In this document: positions 10,487 through 20,928 of the stretch, piece by piece
How the letters are laid out: every line of letters begins with the position of its first letter
How positions within the stretch are numbered: the first letter of the stretch is position 1
Source of the DNA: Acidobacteriota bacterium
GTDB taxonomy: Bacteria > Acidobacteriota > UBA6911 > RPQK01 > JAJDTT01
Direction: 5' to 3'
Length of the DNA stretch: 64,000 nt
Assembly (NCBI GenBank): GCA_965209055.1
Contig: OZ242374.1
Span: forward strand, 2,944,001-3,008,000
Position numbers and translations under genes: made by a program
Notes under the pieces: model-generated
What the model saw: the letters and a program-made list of their open reading frames with translations, nothing else
The model's database searches: none
Told to the model about the DNA's origin: nothing

Positions 10487-11104
10487 CTAAATCTGTGGAA
10501 CCTCGGGCAGGATCCGGACTCTTCGGCCTTCGACTCGGACCCGGCCCTGGCACAGCAGCTTCAGGGCCTCGGGGTAGATCTGGTGCTCGTGCACCAGGAT
10601 TCGAGCGGAGAGGCTCTCCTCGGTATCGTTCTCTTCAACGGGAACCGGGTGCTGGAGGATGATGGGGCCATGGTCCAGCTCTTCGTCCACGAAATGGACC
10701 GTGCAGCCGGTGACCCTGGCGCCCCACTCCAGGGCCTGACCCTGAGCGTGCAGTCCCGTGAAGGCCGGGAGGAGTGATGGATGGATGTTTAGAATCCGAA
10801 GCGGATACCGTTTCACCAGTTCCGGGCCGAGAATGCGCATGAACCCGGCCAGGCAGACCAGATCCACCCGGGCCGCTTTCAACTCGGAGGCCAGCAGCCG
10901 GCTGTAGGCGTCTCGACCCACGCCCTTGGAGGGGATGCAAACGGTGGGGTAGTTGCGTTCCCGCGCCAGTTCCAGACCCGCTGCCGACGCGCGGTTGGAG
11001 AGGACCAGGGAGATCCGGGCCGGTATTCGTCCCTCTTCAACGGCGTCGGACAGAGCCCGGAAGTTGGAGCCTCGGCCGCTGATGAGGATGCCGACGTTCT
11101 TCAT
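10487..11104 (-). CDS. purN: phosphoribosylglycinamide formyltransferase
   Basis: ISGRGSN, LAGFMRIL, NIHPSLLP, GCTVHFV, DHGPII. Confidence 0.98.
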   Translation of the reverse strand: MKNVGILISGRGSNFRALSDAVEEGRIPARISLVLSNRASAAGLELARERNYPTVCIPSKGVGRDAYSRLLASELKAARVDLVCLAGFMRILGPELVKRYPLRILNIHPSLLPAFTGLHAQGQALEWGARVTGCTVHFVDEELDHGPIILQHPVPVEENDTEESLSARILVHEHQIYPEALKLLCQGRVRVEGRRVRILPEVPQI

Positions 11105-12123
11105 GCGTATCGGACCTTGCCCTCTCCCTCCCCGATTTCCCCGGTCAGGACGTACTCTTCCCCGGTCCGCTCCAGCTCCGCCGCGACGGGGCCGAAACCG
11201 TCCCGGTCCACGACCAGGATCATGCCCAGACCCATGTTGAAGGTCCGGAACATTTCGGCCTCCTCCACCCGCCCCAGATCCTGAATGAGGTGAAAGACGG
11301 GGAGATTCTCCCAGCTTCCCCGGCGGACTCGAGCGTCCAGGTCCGGAGGAAGCACTCGAGCCAGATTGTCCGTGATCCCGCCGCCCGTGATGTGCGCCAC
11401 GGCGTGGAGCGCGTCCTTCCCCACGAGATTGCGGAGAGAGGGGAGATAATTGCGGTGCGGGATCAGCAATTCTTCCCCGAGGGTCTTTCCCAGGCTTTCG
11501 ACGTAGGTGTCGACACTCATCCGCTCCCGCTCGAAAAAGAGTTTCCGGACCAGGGAGTAGCCGTTGGTGTGAATCCCGGAAGAGGGAAGTCCCACCAGCA
11601 GGTCGCCGTTGCAGACACGGCCCGTGTTGGGGACCCTGGATTCGTCCGCCATCCCCACGATGAACCCGGCAAGGTCGTATTCTCCCTCCTGGTAGAAGTC
11701 GGGCATTTCGGCGGTCTCTCCGCCCAGCAGGACGCAGCCGGCCTCCCGGCAGCCTTCGACGAGTCCCCTCACCACCTCCCGGACCACCCGGGGTTCGAGC
11801 TTTCCGGTGGCGATGTAGTCGAGAAAGAAAAGGGGCCGGGCCCCATGAACCAGGATGTCGTTGGTGCAGTGAGCCACCAGGTCCATCCCCACCGTGTCGT
11901 GCACGCCGGTCAGGAAGGCGATCTTGAGCTTGGTACCCACTCCGTCGGCGCTGGAGACCAGGATCGGCCGCTCCATTTGGCCGAAGTCGGGGCGGTAGAG
12001 ACCCGAGAAGGTCCCGAAATCGGTCAGGACCCGGGAGTCGAAAGTGGATTGGACCAGACCCCGAATTCCGGCATAGGCGCGGTTGGCGGCATCCACGTCC
12101 ACCCCGGCGTCGCGATATCTCAT
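11101..12123 (-). CDS. purM: phosphoribosylformylglycinamidine cyclo-ligase
   Basis: YRDAGVD, DGVGTKL, GGETAEMP, SSGIHTNGYSLVRK, TFNMGLG. Confidence 0.98.
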   Translation of the reverse strand: MRYRDAGVDVDAANRAYAGIRGLVQSTFDSRVLTDFGTFSGLYRPDFGQMERPILVSSADGVGTKLKIAFLTGVHDTVGMDLVAHCTNDILVHGARPLFFLDYIATGKLEPRVVREVVRGLVEGCREAGCVLLGGETAEMPDFYQEGEYDLAGFIVGMADESRVPNTGRVCNGDLLVGLPSSGIHTNGYSLVRKLFFERERMSVDTYVESLGKTLGEELLIPHRNYLPSLRNLVGKDALHAVAHITGGGITDNLARVLPPDLDARVRRGSWENLPVFHLIQDLGRVEEAEMFRTFNMGLGMILVVDRDGFGPVAAELERTGEEYVLTGEIGEGEGKVRYA

Positions 12124-13550
12124 TTCACCGATGAGTTCCGGGCCGATCCGCGGCCGGCCAGCTCGAACAACTGTTTCTGGCCCGAATCCCGGGTCGGCGG
12201 GATGGGGTAGTCCTCGTCGAAGCAGGCCGCGCAGAAGTTCCCGCGATCGGATACGGCGTTCTTCATCCCCTCCAGGGAGAGGTAGGCAAGGCTGTCGGCG
12301 CCGACGTACTCCTGGATTTCACCGACGGTGTTGTTGGCGGCGATGAGCTCGGCGTGGGTCGGCGTGTCGATGCCGTAGTAGCAGGGCGAAACGGTTGGGG
12401 GAGAGCTGACGCGGAAGTGAACCTTGGTGGCTCCCGCCGAGCGGACCATTTCCACGATCTTGCGGCTCGTGGTCCCTCGAACCACCGAATCGTCGCAGAG
12501 GATGACCCTCTTCCCCGACAGCAGCTCCCGAATGGGGTTTAGCTTGACCTTGACCCCGAAATGCCGGATCGATTGCTTGGGCTCGATGAAGGTCCTTCCC
12601 ACGTAGTGGTTTCGGATCAGTCCGAATTGGAAGGGAATGCCCGACTCCTTGGCGTAGCCCAGGGCGGCCGTGACGCCGGAATCCGGAACCGGGACCACCA
12701 CGTCCGCGTCGGCCGGGGCTTCGCGGGCCAGCCGGCGGCCCATCCGGTAGCGGGCTCCGTGGACGCTTTGGCCGAAGACGCGACTGTCGGGCCGGCTGAA
12801 ATAAACCTGCTCGAAGATGCAGAAGGCGTGGCGCGGCGCGTCGGGTTGCCGAAAGGAATGGAGCGAACCGTCCTGGATTCGCAGGATCTCCCCCGGTTCG
12901 ACGTCCCGCAGATAGCGCGCCCCGATCAGGTCGAAGGCGCAGGTCTCGGAGGCGACCACGTAGGCGTCTTCCAACCGGCCCAGACAGAGCGGACGCACGC
13001 CCATGGGGTCCCGGATGGCGTAAATACAATCCGGACGCTGCAGCACCATGGAGTAGGCGCCCCGGACGACCCGGAGGATCTCCAGCAGGGCGTCGTCCAG
13101 ATCCTTCTGCGGACAATGGGCCAGAAGATGGAGAACGACTTCGGTGTCGCTGGTGGACTGGAAGATGGCCCCTTCCGCTTCCAGGCTCCGTCTCAACGAC
13201 CCGGTGTTGACGATGTTCCCGTTGTGGGCCAGGGCGACGGGTCCGCGCCAGGATTGCGTGACGATGGGCTGGGCGTTGGTCAGCAGGCTCTCACCCATGG
13301 TGGAGTATCGAACGTGGGCCGTGGCCGACAGGCCCGGCAGCCGTTCCAGCTTGTCGTCGCTGAAAACCTCGGCGACGTAGCCCATACCCCGTTCCTGGTG
13401 CAGGTTCGTTCCGTCGGACGAGACGATCCCGGCCGACTCCTGGCCTCGATGCTGGAGGGCGTAGAGTCCGAGGTAGGCGTGGCGGGCCGCCTCGGGGTGA
13501 GAGGCGATGCCGAAGATGCCGCACTCGTCGTGAAACTTGTCCTCGTGCAT
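12120..13550 (-). CDS. purF: amidophosphoribosyltransferase
   Basis: propeptide then CGIFG, LQHRGQESAG, HVRYST, DDSVVRGTT, Fe-S cysteines (FCAACF); start trimmed from the ORF track. Confidence 0.97.
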   Translation of the reverse strand: MHEDKFHDECGIFGIASHPEAARHAYLGLYALQHRGQESAGIVSSDGTNLHQERGMGYVAEVFSDDKLERLPGLSATAHVRYSTMGESLLTNAQPIVTQSWRGPVALAHNGNIVNTGSLRRSLEAEGAIFQSTSDTEVVLHLLAHCPQKDLDDALLEILRVVRGAYSMVLQRPDCIYAIRDPMGVRPLCLGRLEDAYVVASETCAFDLIGARYLRDVEPGEILRIQDGSLHSFRQPDAPRHAFCIFEQVYFSRPDSRVFGQSVHGARYRMGRRLAREAPADADVVVPVPDSGVTAALGYAKESGIPFQFGLIRNHYVGRTFIEPKQSIRHFGVKVKLNPIRELLSGKRVILCDDSVVRGTTSRKIVEMVRSAGATKVHFRVSSPPTVSPCYYGIDTPTHAELIAANNTVGEIQEYVGADSLAYLSLEGMKNAVSDRGNFCAACFDEDYPIPPTRDSGQKQLFELAGRGSARNSSVK

Positions 13551-13746
13551 GGACTGTTGCGTTTCGGAAGGGCCCGAAGGGAGGCTGGCCTCCACGGCGG
13601 CAATATATTCCCCTGCGGACGGCAAATCAATACGAAGATGAGGAGTGAGCAATGGGATAAGGAGGAGAGACACAGGGGCGCACCGGGGAGGGGCCCCTGT
13701 TCCATTGGGAAATGCGTCCGGTTCCCAAAATTTGACGGGTTCCGGG

Positions 13747-13775
13747 TTGACAGGGGTGTGGGATATCGTCAGAAT
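13747..13775 (+). promoter_or_regulatory. sigma70-like promoter of TBDR copy 1
   Basis: TTGACA-17 bp-CAGAAT, retained in copy 2. Confidence 0.7.
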
Positions 13776-13848
13776 GTTGACCGCCTCCCAGGCTCTTCGA
13801 CTGGATATGTGTATCCCAGGCTCAACTAACCTAACGTAGGGGGTCTTA

Positions 13849-16800
13849 ATGGACAGCAAACGATTGTGTCTCGCGCTGGTTCTGGTGGGACTGAGCTTCG
13901 GCTTGGCCCTGGGACAGGGAGACCGGGCTACGGTGGTGGGAACCGTCACCGACAGCACGGGCGCAGTGATTCCAGGCGCCGAGGTGTACATGACCCAGGT
14001 CGCCACCAACCAGGTCCACTCCTCGCTCTCCAGCGACACCGGCCAGTACGCCATGTCGGCGCTGCCGGCGGACGTGTACGAGATGAGGGTCACCATGCCC
14101 GGCTTCAAGACGGAGGTTCGCTCCGGTCTGAAGTTGGACGTGGGACAGAGCTACCGCATCGACATCGAGTTGAGCGTCGGTGAGGTGGCCGAGGTGGTGG
14201 AGGTCGCCTCCACTGCACCGATCCTGAAGACGGAAACGGCGGAGTTCGGACAGGTGATCGACAACAAGAAGATCATCAGCATCCCGCTGAACCAGAGAGA
14301 CGTCTTCGGCGTCTTGGGTGGTCTGACCCCCGGTGTCCAGCCGCTGCGCAACGTCGGCGGCGTCACCAGCGGTGTCGCGTTCAACGTCCGGGGCATGCGC
14401 CGGGCCGACAACAACGCCACGCTGGACGGCTCCCAGATGAGCGAGACCAACGGCTCGCTCCAGTTTTTCGCCAACCCCGACGCCATTCAGGAGTTCGAGG
14501 TCAAGAGCGGCCTCTACGGCGCCGAGTACGGCATCAAGCCGGGCGGCCAGTTCAGCGCCGTCACCAAGAGCGGCACCAACGAGCTGCACGGCACCATCTT
14601 CTGGTTCCACCGCAACGACAACCTGGATGCCCGGAACTTCTTCGACACCGGCCGCAAGAACGAGTTCAAGCGGAACCAGTTCGGTGCTGTTGCCGGTGGT
14701 CCGGTCATGTTTCCGGGCCTTTATGACGGCCGCGACCAGTCCTGGTGGTTTTTCGCCTACAGCGGGGAACGGATCCGCCAGTTCCGGTCGCTGACCGGCA
14801 TTATGCCCACGCCAGCGCAGCGGAGCGGCGTCTTTCCCAACACCATCATGGATCCCATGACGGGAGAACCCTTTCCCAACAACACCATCCCCGCCGATCG
14901 GATCGCTCCCCAGTCCAGGCTGCTGGGAGAACTCTGGCCGGCGCCCAACACCGACATCAGCCGGGGATTCAACTACACCAGCGCCTCCAATGCTCCGGGA
15001 CAACGGAACGAGTACATCGTCCGGATGGACATCAAGACGGGAGACGACAGCCGCTGGTTCGGCCGTTTCCTCTTCAATCAGCGGCCCATCACCTTCGTCA
15101 ACATCGTCGACGCCTTCACCGTCATCAACGGCTTGGACAACTGGGCCCAGAACATCGTCAACACCCGGAACTTCGGGACCAACGTGGTCAACGAGCTGGG
15201 TCTCCATTTTTACAGGCGCCCCTACAATCCGGGCTTTCCGCCTGGAGGCCCCGACCTGGCTAACCAGCTGAACTTTCCCAACTGGCCCAAGCGGGGTGTG
15301 GACCTCAGGGGAACGCCTCGAGTCTCGGTGACCGGCTACCCCACTCTCGGATCCCGCCCCAACCGCGGCCCCGTCCCCGAGGGACAGTGGGAGCTCAAGG
15401 AGAACGTCAGCTGGACCAAGGGCAATCACTACCTGAAGGCCGGTTACCACTACCGGTACCACTACGTCTTCTTCGGCTTGGAACGGCGCAGTGAACTCTA
15501 CTTCAACCAACCCAACTGGTACGCTGGAGACACCTTGGCCAACTTCTACCTGGGATACCTTTCCGGATCCCGGGAGGGAAGCGAGGCTCGTCTGAATCAC
15601 AACTTCCCGGGCCACTACATCTATCTGCAGGACAGTTGGAAGGCCACTCCCAAACTGACCTTGCAGCTCGGTCTCCGTTACGAGTTGCGTCAAGGCTGGG
15701 AGGACAAGCGGGGATTCTCCACCAACCTCAAGGCCGATTGTGCGCTACGCACCGAGAACCCGATTCCTGACTGCTATGATCCTCCTCTGCTCCCGCAGAC
15801 GCTCGTGTTTCCCGAGACCGGGCGGTTCCAGCCCCAGGTAAACGTCTTCACCTGGACCAAGAACGGGTTTCAGCCGCGCCTGGGTCTCTCCTACCGTTTG
15901 ACGGATCAGACGGTATTGCGCATTGGCGGCGGCATATACGGTAACGAGCCGCCGGGCGGCATGATGTACGGTGCGTCCGCTCTGGGCAATCCCCGGCCGA
16001 ACTCCGGCCAGAGGGACTTTGAGGCCCTTGCGGCGGCCCCGAACCTTTTCATCTCCAACCCCTACGATGAGTCGGTTCTGGTCGGCGCCGGCGCCGTCAC
16101 CAATGGGGGCGGATACGAAGACACCATGCCCCAGTGGTACGTGCCCAACTTCGGCTTGTCCCTCCAGCACCGCACCGGCCAGAACAACATGTTCGAAATC
16201 GGATACGAGGGCTCGCGCTCGGTGCACGAGATGCAGGTCTTCCGGTTCAACGACGCCCGTCCGGGTGCAGGGCCTCGTCAGGAACGGCGGCCCTGGCCCA
16301 ACATGACCCGGTACTACATGCTCCTGGGCAACGGCGACCAGACCTACCACGGCTTCAATTTCAAGTGGGAGAAGCGGCCGGGCCAGTATGGTCTGACGTC
16401 GCTCCTGGTCTTCAGTTGGGGCAAGAGCATCGACACCACCGGCGGGCGCCTCAGCGTCACCGGCGACCCGCGCGAAGTGAGCCGAAACCTCTGGGCCGAC
16501 GGCTTCACCTACAAGAACCGGGGCAGAGGCGAGGGCAACATCCCGATGCGGCTGGCCTGGTTGAAGGGTTGGGACATCCCCTTCGGACCTGGCCGCGCCT
16601 ACGGCTCGGACGGCTTCTTCAGCCAGATCTTCGGCGGTTGGAGTGTCTACGCCATCACCACGCTGCAGAAGGGGCACTGGTACACGGTGTCGACCGCGGA
16701 TCTGCTCGACGCGGGCAGCAACGCTTCCCAGCGGCCCGACCTGCTCCGGGATCCCAATTCCGGCAGCCGGCGGCCCGAGTCCTGGTTCCGGACGGACGCG

Positions 16801-17073
16801 TTCACAGCTCCGCCTCCAGGCCAGTACGGGAACGCGGGCCGCGGCATCGTGGAAGGTCCGGGCACCATCAACGTGGACTTCTCGCTATTGCGGGATTTCC
16901 ACCTGGGTGAGGAGACCCGGATCCAGTTCCGGTTCGAGGCCTTCAACCTGACCAATCACACCAACCTCAACTCGAACTGGAACACGTTCAACTTCAACCA
17001 CGGATCTTTCGGATCCATTGGTTCGGCGTTGACCGCAAGACAGTTGCAGTTCGGCCTGAAGATCTACTACTGA
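13849..17073 (+). CDS. TonB-dependent receptor with N-terminal carboxypeptidase-regulatory-like domain (copy 1)
   Basis: signal peptide, GTVTDSTGAVIPGA, VTKSGTNELHG, LDARNFF, C-terminal RQLQFGLKIYY. Confidence 0.93.
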   Translation: MDSKRLCLALVLVGLSFGLALGQGDRATVVGTVTDSTGAVIPGAEVYMTQVATNQVHSSLSSDTGQYAMSALPADVYEMRVTMPGFKTEVRSGLKLDVGQSYRIDIELSVGEVAEVVEVASTAPILKTETAEFGQVIDNKKIISIPLNQRDVFGVLGGLTPGVQPLRNVGGVTSGVAFNVRGMRRADNNATLDGSQMSETNGSLQFFANPDAIQEFEVKSGLYGAEYGIKPGGQFSAVTKSGTNELHGTIFWFHRNDNLDARNFFDTGRKNEFKRNQFGAVAGGPVMFPGLYDGRDQSWWFFAYSGERIRQFRSLTGIMPTPAQRSGVFPNTIMDPMTGEPFPNNTIPADRIAPQSRLLGELWPAPNTDISRGFNYTSASNAPGQRNEYIVRMDIKTGDDSRWFGRFLFNQRPITFVNIVDAFTVINGLDNWAQNIVNTRNFGTNVVNELGLHFYRRPYNPGFPPGGPDLANQLNFPNWPKRGVDLRGTPRVSVTGYPTLGSRPNRGPVPEGQWELKENVSWTKGNHYLKAGYHYRYHYVFFGLERRSELYFNQPNWYAGDTLANFYLGYLSGSREGSEARLNHNFPGHYIYLQDSWKATPKLTLQLGLRYELRQGWEDKRGFSTNLKADCALRTENPIPDCYDPPLLPQTLVFPETGRFQPQVNVFTWTKNGFQPRLGLSYRLTDQTVLRIGGGIYGNEPPGGMMYGASALGNPRPNSGQRDFEALAAAPNLFISNPYDESVLVGAGAVTNGGGYEDTMPQWYVPNFGLSLQHRTGQNNMFEIGYEGSRSVHEMQVFRFNDARPGAGPRQERRPWPNMTRYYMLLGNGDQTYHGFNFKWEKRPGQYGLTSLLVFSWGKSIDTTGGRLSVTGDPREVSRNLWADGFTYKNRGRGEGNIPMRLAWLKGWDIPFGPGRAYGSDGFFSQIFGGWSVYAITTLQKGHWYTVSTADLLDAGSNASQRPDLLRDPNSGSRRPESWFRTDAFTAPPPGQYGNAGRGIVEGPGTINVDFSLLRDFHLGEETRIQFRFEAFNLTNHTNLNSNWNTFNFNHGSFGSIGSALTARQLQFGLKIYY

Positions 17074-17095
17074 TCCGGGTTTCAGGCTTGATTCG

Positions 17096-17131
17096 AAAGC
17101 GCGCCTGCCATTGCGGCAGGCGCGCTTTTTT
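17096..17131 (+). terminator. intrinsic terminator (possibly bidirectional)
   Basis: AAAGCGCGCCTGCC-ATTGC-GGCAGGCGCGCTTT plus T-run after the TBDR1 stop. Confidence 0.9.
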
Positions 17132-17510
17132 GTGGTTGAAAGAGGGTGGGCGGTTCTGCTCAGGCGCAGTAGCCGCCGTTGTAGCACTTTGCCATGGACC
17201 GGAACCAAGCACTTCGCGCCCTCACCGAGTCGGGCTGACCCAGCCGTCGGCGCCGTCTCCTGTCCCCACTCCACGAACCGGCCATCGATCCGGGGATCCT
17301 CAGATTTGGTCTCGGTCGTTTCGGCCTCATTGGGGCCTCAAACCGGTCCCTTCTGGCCGGACTGACCTCCATGTCCATGCCCCGCCACCCCTGATCCCCC
17401 GTCCTCTTGGGCCAAGGACCCCGAAGAACCTGTCGCCCCTCTTCGCACGTCGTGGAGAGCACTCCACAATTGAACAGAGTGAGATCGCCCTCTAATTGGA
17501 CTAATCCAGG

Positions 17511-17539
17511 TTGACAGGGGTATGGGATACCGTCAGAAT
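17511..17539 (+). promoter_or_regulatory. sigma70-like promoter of TBDR copy 2
   Basis: TTGACA-17 bp-CAGAAT. Confidence 0.7.
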
Positions 17540-17613
17540 TTCGAACGCCTCCCAGGCTCTTCGAGTGACTGTGTGTATCCCAGGCTCAACTAACCTAACG
17601 TAGGGGGTTTTGA

Positions 17614-20600
17614 ATGGATAGCAAACGATTGTGTCTCGCGCTGGTTCTGGTGGGACTGAGCTTCGGCTTGGCCCTGGGACAGGGAGACCGGGCTACGGTG
17701 GTGGGAACCGTCACCGACAGCACGGGCGCAGTGATTCCAGGCGCCGAGGTTTACATGACTCAGATCGCCACCAACCAGGTCCACTCCTCGCTCTCCAGCG
17801 ACACCGGCCAGTACGCCATTTCGGCGCTGCCGGCGGACGTGTACGAGATGAGGGTCACCATGCCCGGCTTCAAGACGGAGGTCCGCTCCGGTCTGAAGAT
17901 GGACGTGGGACAGAGCTACCGCATCGACATCGAGTTGAGCGTCGGTGAGGTGGCCGAGGTGGTGGAGGTCGCCTCCACCGCACCCATCCTGAAGACGGAG
18001 ACGGCGGAGTTCGGACAGGTGATCGACAACAAGAAGATCATCAGCATCCCGCTGAACCAGAGAGATGTCTTCGGTGTTTTGGGCGGTCTGACGCCGGGCA
18101 TCCAGCCTCAGCGGAATGTCGGCGTCGTCACCAACGGTGTGGCCTTCAATGTACGGGGGCTTCGGCGAGGTGACAACAATGCCACGCTCGACGGTTCTCA
18201 GATGAGCGAGACCAACGGCTCGCTCCAGTTTTTCGCCAACCCCGACGCCATTCAGGAGTTCGAGGTCAAGAGCGGCCTCTACGGCGCCGAGTACGGCATC
18301 AAGCCGGGCGGGCAGTTCAGCGCCGTCACCAAGAGCGGCACCAACGAGCTGCACGGCACCATCTTCTGGTTCCACCGCAACGACAACCTGGATGCCCGGA
18401 ACTTCTTCGACACCGGCCGCAAGAACGAATTCAAGCGGAACCAGTTCGGCGCCGTTGCCGGCGGACCGGTCATGTTTCCGGGCCTCTATGACGGTCGCGA
18501 CCAGTCCTGGTGGTTCTTCGCCTACAGCGGTGAGCGGATCCGCCAGTTCCGTTCGTTGACGGGCACTGTGCCTACGGCGGCCGAGCGGGGTGGCGTGTTT
18601 TCCAGCGCCATCATGGATCCCATGACGGGTGAACCGTTTCCCAACAACACCATTCCCGCCAACCGGATCACTCCTCAGTCCAAGCTGCTGGGTGACCTCT
18701 GGCCTACCGCCAATACCCCCATCAGCCGGGGATTCAACTACACCAGCGCCTCCAATGCTCCGCAGGAGCGGAACGAGTACATCGTCCGGATGGACATCAA
18801 GACGGGCGACGACAGCCGCTGGTTCGGCCGTTTCCTCTTCAATCAGCGGCCCATAACGTTTGTCAACGTCGTTGACGCCTTCACCGTCATCAACGGCTTG
18901 GACAACTGGGCCCAGAACGTGGTCAACACCCGGAATTTCGGGACCAACATCGTCAACGAGTTGGGGCTTCACTTCTACCGTCGGCCCTACAATCCCGGCT
19001 TCCCGCCGGGCGGGCCCGATCTCGCCGACCAGTTGAATTTCCCCAACTGGCCAAAGCGGGGCGTGGATCTCTTTGGAACTCCTCGAGTCGCAGTGACCGG
19101 GTACCCGACAATCGGATCCCGCCCCAACCGTGGCCCCGTTCCCGAGGGTCAGTGGGAGATCAAGGAGAACGTCAGCTGGACCAAGGGCAATCACTACCTG
19201 AAGGCGGGTTACCACTACCGGTACCATTACATCTTCTTTGGCCTCGAGCGGCGTAGCGAACTCCACTTCAATACTCCGACGCGCTATACCGGAAACGCCT
19301 TGGCCAATTTCTACCTGGGCTATCTGAGTAACTCTCGAGAGGGAAGCGAAGCCCGCCTGAACCATAACTTTCCGGGTCACTACATCTACTTGCAGGACAG
19401 TTGGAAAGCCACTCCCAATCTGACCCTGCAACTGGGGCTCCGGTATGAGTTGCGCCAGGGTTGGGAAGATAAACGCGGGTTTTCCACCAACCTCAAGGCC
19501 GAATGTGCGATGCGTACGGAGAGTCCGATTCCAGATTGCTATTCGCCCCCTCTGCTCCAACAGACCCTCGTGTTTCCCGAGACCGGGCGGTTCGACCCAC
19601 AGGTGAACATCTTCACCTGGACCAAGAATGGCTTTCAGCCCCGCTTGGGTCTTTCCTATCGGTTGACAGACCGGACCGTGTTGCGTGCCGGCGGCGGAAT
19701 CTATGGGAACGAGCCTCCGGGCGGCATGCTGTACGGTGCCGCGGCGCTCGGAAATCCCAGGCCTAATTCGGGCCAGCGAGACTTCCCGGCCGATGCAAGC
19801 TCTCCGAATCTGTTCATCGACAACCCCTACGACGAGGCGGTCCTGAAAGGTACTAGTGGCCAGCTACTTCCGGGGGGTGGATATGAGGACGTGATGCCCC
19901 AATGGTATGTGCCCAACTGGGGAGTGTCGGTCCAGCATCGCGCTGGTGAAAACAACATGTTCGAGATTGGATACGAGGGTTCGCGCTCAGTGCACGAGAT
20001 GCAAATTTTCGAATTCAACGACGCGGTTCCCGGGACTGCTCCCCGTCAGGAAAGACGGCCTTGGCCCTCGATGACCCGGTATCACATGCTCTTCGGCAAT
20101 GGTGACCAGTCGTATCACGGCTTTAACTTCAAATGGGAAAAACGGCCAGGTCTGAATGGATTGACGTCACTCTTGGCCTTTAGTTGGGGCAAGAGTCTCG
20201 ACACGACTGGCGGACGTTTGGGAATCGTTGGCGACCCGCGTGGTGTGACCCGAAACCTCTACGCCAACGGATTCAGCACCAAGAACAAGGGGCTGGGCGA
20301 GGGCAATATCCCGCTTCGACTGGCTTGGTTGAAGGGTTGGGACATTCCATACGGCCCCGGTCGTGCCCATGGCAGCGATGGCTTCTTCGCCCAGATATTC
20401 GGTGGTTGGAGCCTGTATGCCATTACGACTCTCCAGAAGGGACAGTGGTATACGGTTTCGACCACAGATATGCTGGACGTGGGAAGTAACGCTTCTCAAC
20501 GACCGGATCTGGTGGGCGATCCCAATACCGGCAGCAGGCGTGCCGATTCCTGGTTCCGAACGAGTGCTTTCGCAGCGCCGCCTCCGGGACAGTACGGGAG

Positions 20601-20841
20601 CGCCGGGCGTGGCATAGTGGAAGGTCCCGGCACCATAAACGTGGATTTTTCGATGCTTCGAGATTTTCACTTGGGTGAAGAGACCCGGATCCAGTTCAGA
20701 ATGGAGGCGTTTAATCTGACCAACACCACGAATCTGAATCCGAACAACAATACCTGGAATTTTAACGCCGGACAATTCGGCTCCATCGGATCGGCCCTGA
20801 CCGGAAGGCAGTTGCAGTTCGGCCTGAAGATCTACTACTGA
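17614..20841 (+). CDS. TonB-dependent receptor (copy 2, close paralog)
   Basis: same architecture; near-identical N-terminus and identical last residues to 13849-17073. Confidence 0.93.
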   Translation: MDSKRLCLALVLVGLSFGLALGQGDRATVVGTVTDSTGAVIPGAEVYMTQIATNQVHSSLSSDTGQYAISALPADVYEMRVTMPGFKTEVRSGLKMDVGQSYRIDIELSVGEVAEVVEVASTAPILKTETAEFGQVIDNKKIISIPLNQRDVFGVLGGLTPGIQPQRNVGVVTNGVAFNVRGLRRGDNNATLDGSQMSETNGSLQFFANPDAIQEFEVKSGLYGAEYGIKPGGQFSAVTKSGTNELHGTIFWFHRNDNLDARNFFDTGRKNEFKRNQFGAVAGGPVMFPGLYDGRDQSWWFFAYSGERIRQFRSLTGTVPTAAERGGVFSSAIMDPMTGEPFPNNTIPANRITPQSKLLGDLWPTANTPISRGFNYTSASNAPQERNEYIVRMDIKTGDDSRWFGRFLFNQRPITFVNVVDAFTVINGLDNWAQNVVNTRNFGTNIVNELGLHFYRRPYNPGFPPGGPDLADQLNFPNWPKRGVDLFGTPRVAVTGYPTIGSRPNRGPVPEGQWEIKENVSWTKGNHYLKAGYHYRYHYIFFGLERRSELHFNTPTRYTGNALANFYLGYLSNSREGSEARLNHNFPGHYIYLQDSWKATPNLTLQLGLRYELRQGWEDKRGFSTNLKAECAMRTESPIPDCYSPPLLQQTLVFPETGRFDPQVNIFTWTKNGFQPRLGLSYRLTDRTVLRAGGGIYGNEPPGGMLYGAAALGNPRPNSGQRDFPADASSPNLFIDNPYDEAVLKGTSGQLLPGGGYEDVMPQWYVPNWGVSVQHRAGENNMFEIGYEGSRSVHEMQIFEFNDAVPGTAPRQERRPWPSMTRYHMLFGNGDQSYHGFNFKWEKRPGLNGLTSLLAFSWGKSLDTTGGRLGIVGDPRGVTRNLYANGFSTKNKGLGEGNIPLRLAWLKGWDIPYGPGRAHGSDGFFAQIFGGWSLYAITTLQKGQWYTVSTTDMLDVGSNASQRPDLVGDPNTGSRRADSWFRTSAFAAPPPGQYGSAGRGIVEGPGTINVDFSMLRDFHLGEETRIQFRMEAFNLTNTTNLNPNNNTWNFNAGQFGSIGSALTGRQLQFGLKIYY

Positions 20842-20863
20842 TCCGGGTTCCAGGCTAAATTCG

Positions 20864-20901
20864 AAAGCGCGCCTGCCATTGCGGCAGGCGCGCTTTTTTT
20901 T
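20864..20901 (+). terminator. intrinsic terminator between convergent TBDR2 and SDR genes
   Basis: same hairpin as 17096-17131 with a longer T-run. Confidence 0.9.
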
Positions 20902-20928
20902 GTGCTGAAAAGGGTTGTGCGATTCTGC

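Larger units (their letters stand above)
13745..17179 (+). repeat. tandem duplication unit 1 (promoter + TBDR + terminator + last codons of the SDR gene)
   Basis: homologous to 17509-20948 from GGTTGACAGGGG to GCTCAGGCGCAGTAGCCGCCGT. Confidence 0.9.

Noticed and set aside
12120-14108. 662-aa extended PurF in the ORF track (likewise the extended murG, ftsZ, ahcY, lyase and integrase ORFs)
   Set aside because: The extensions overlap neighbouring genes or repeats; family N-termini and RBSs point to the later starts
13846-19560. Long antisense ORFs opposite the TBDRs (and similar ones at 23640-25790, 25856-28423, 52022-53680)
   Set aside because: Shadow ORFs expected from high-GC codon bias; no recognisable motifs
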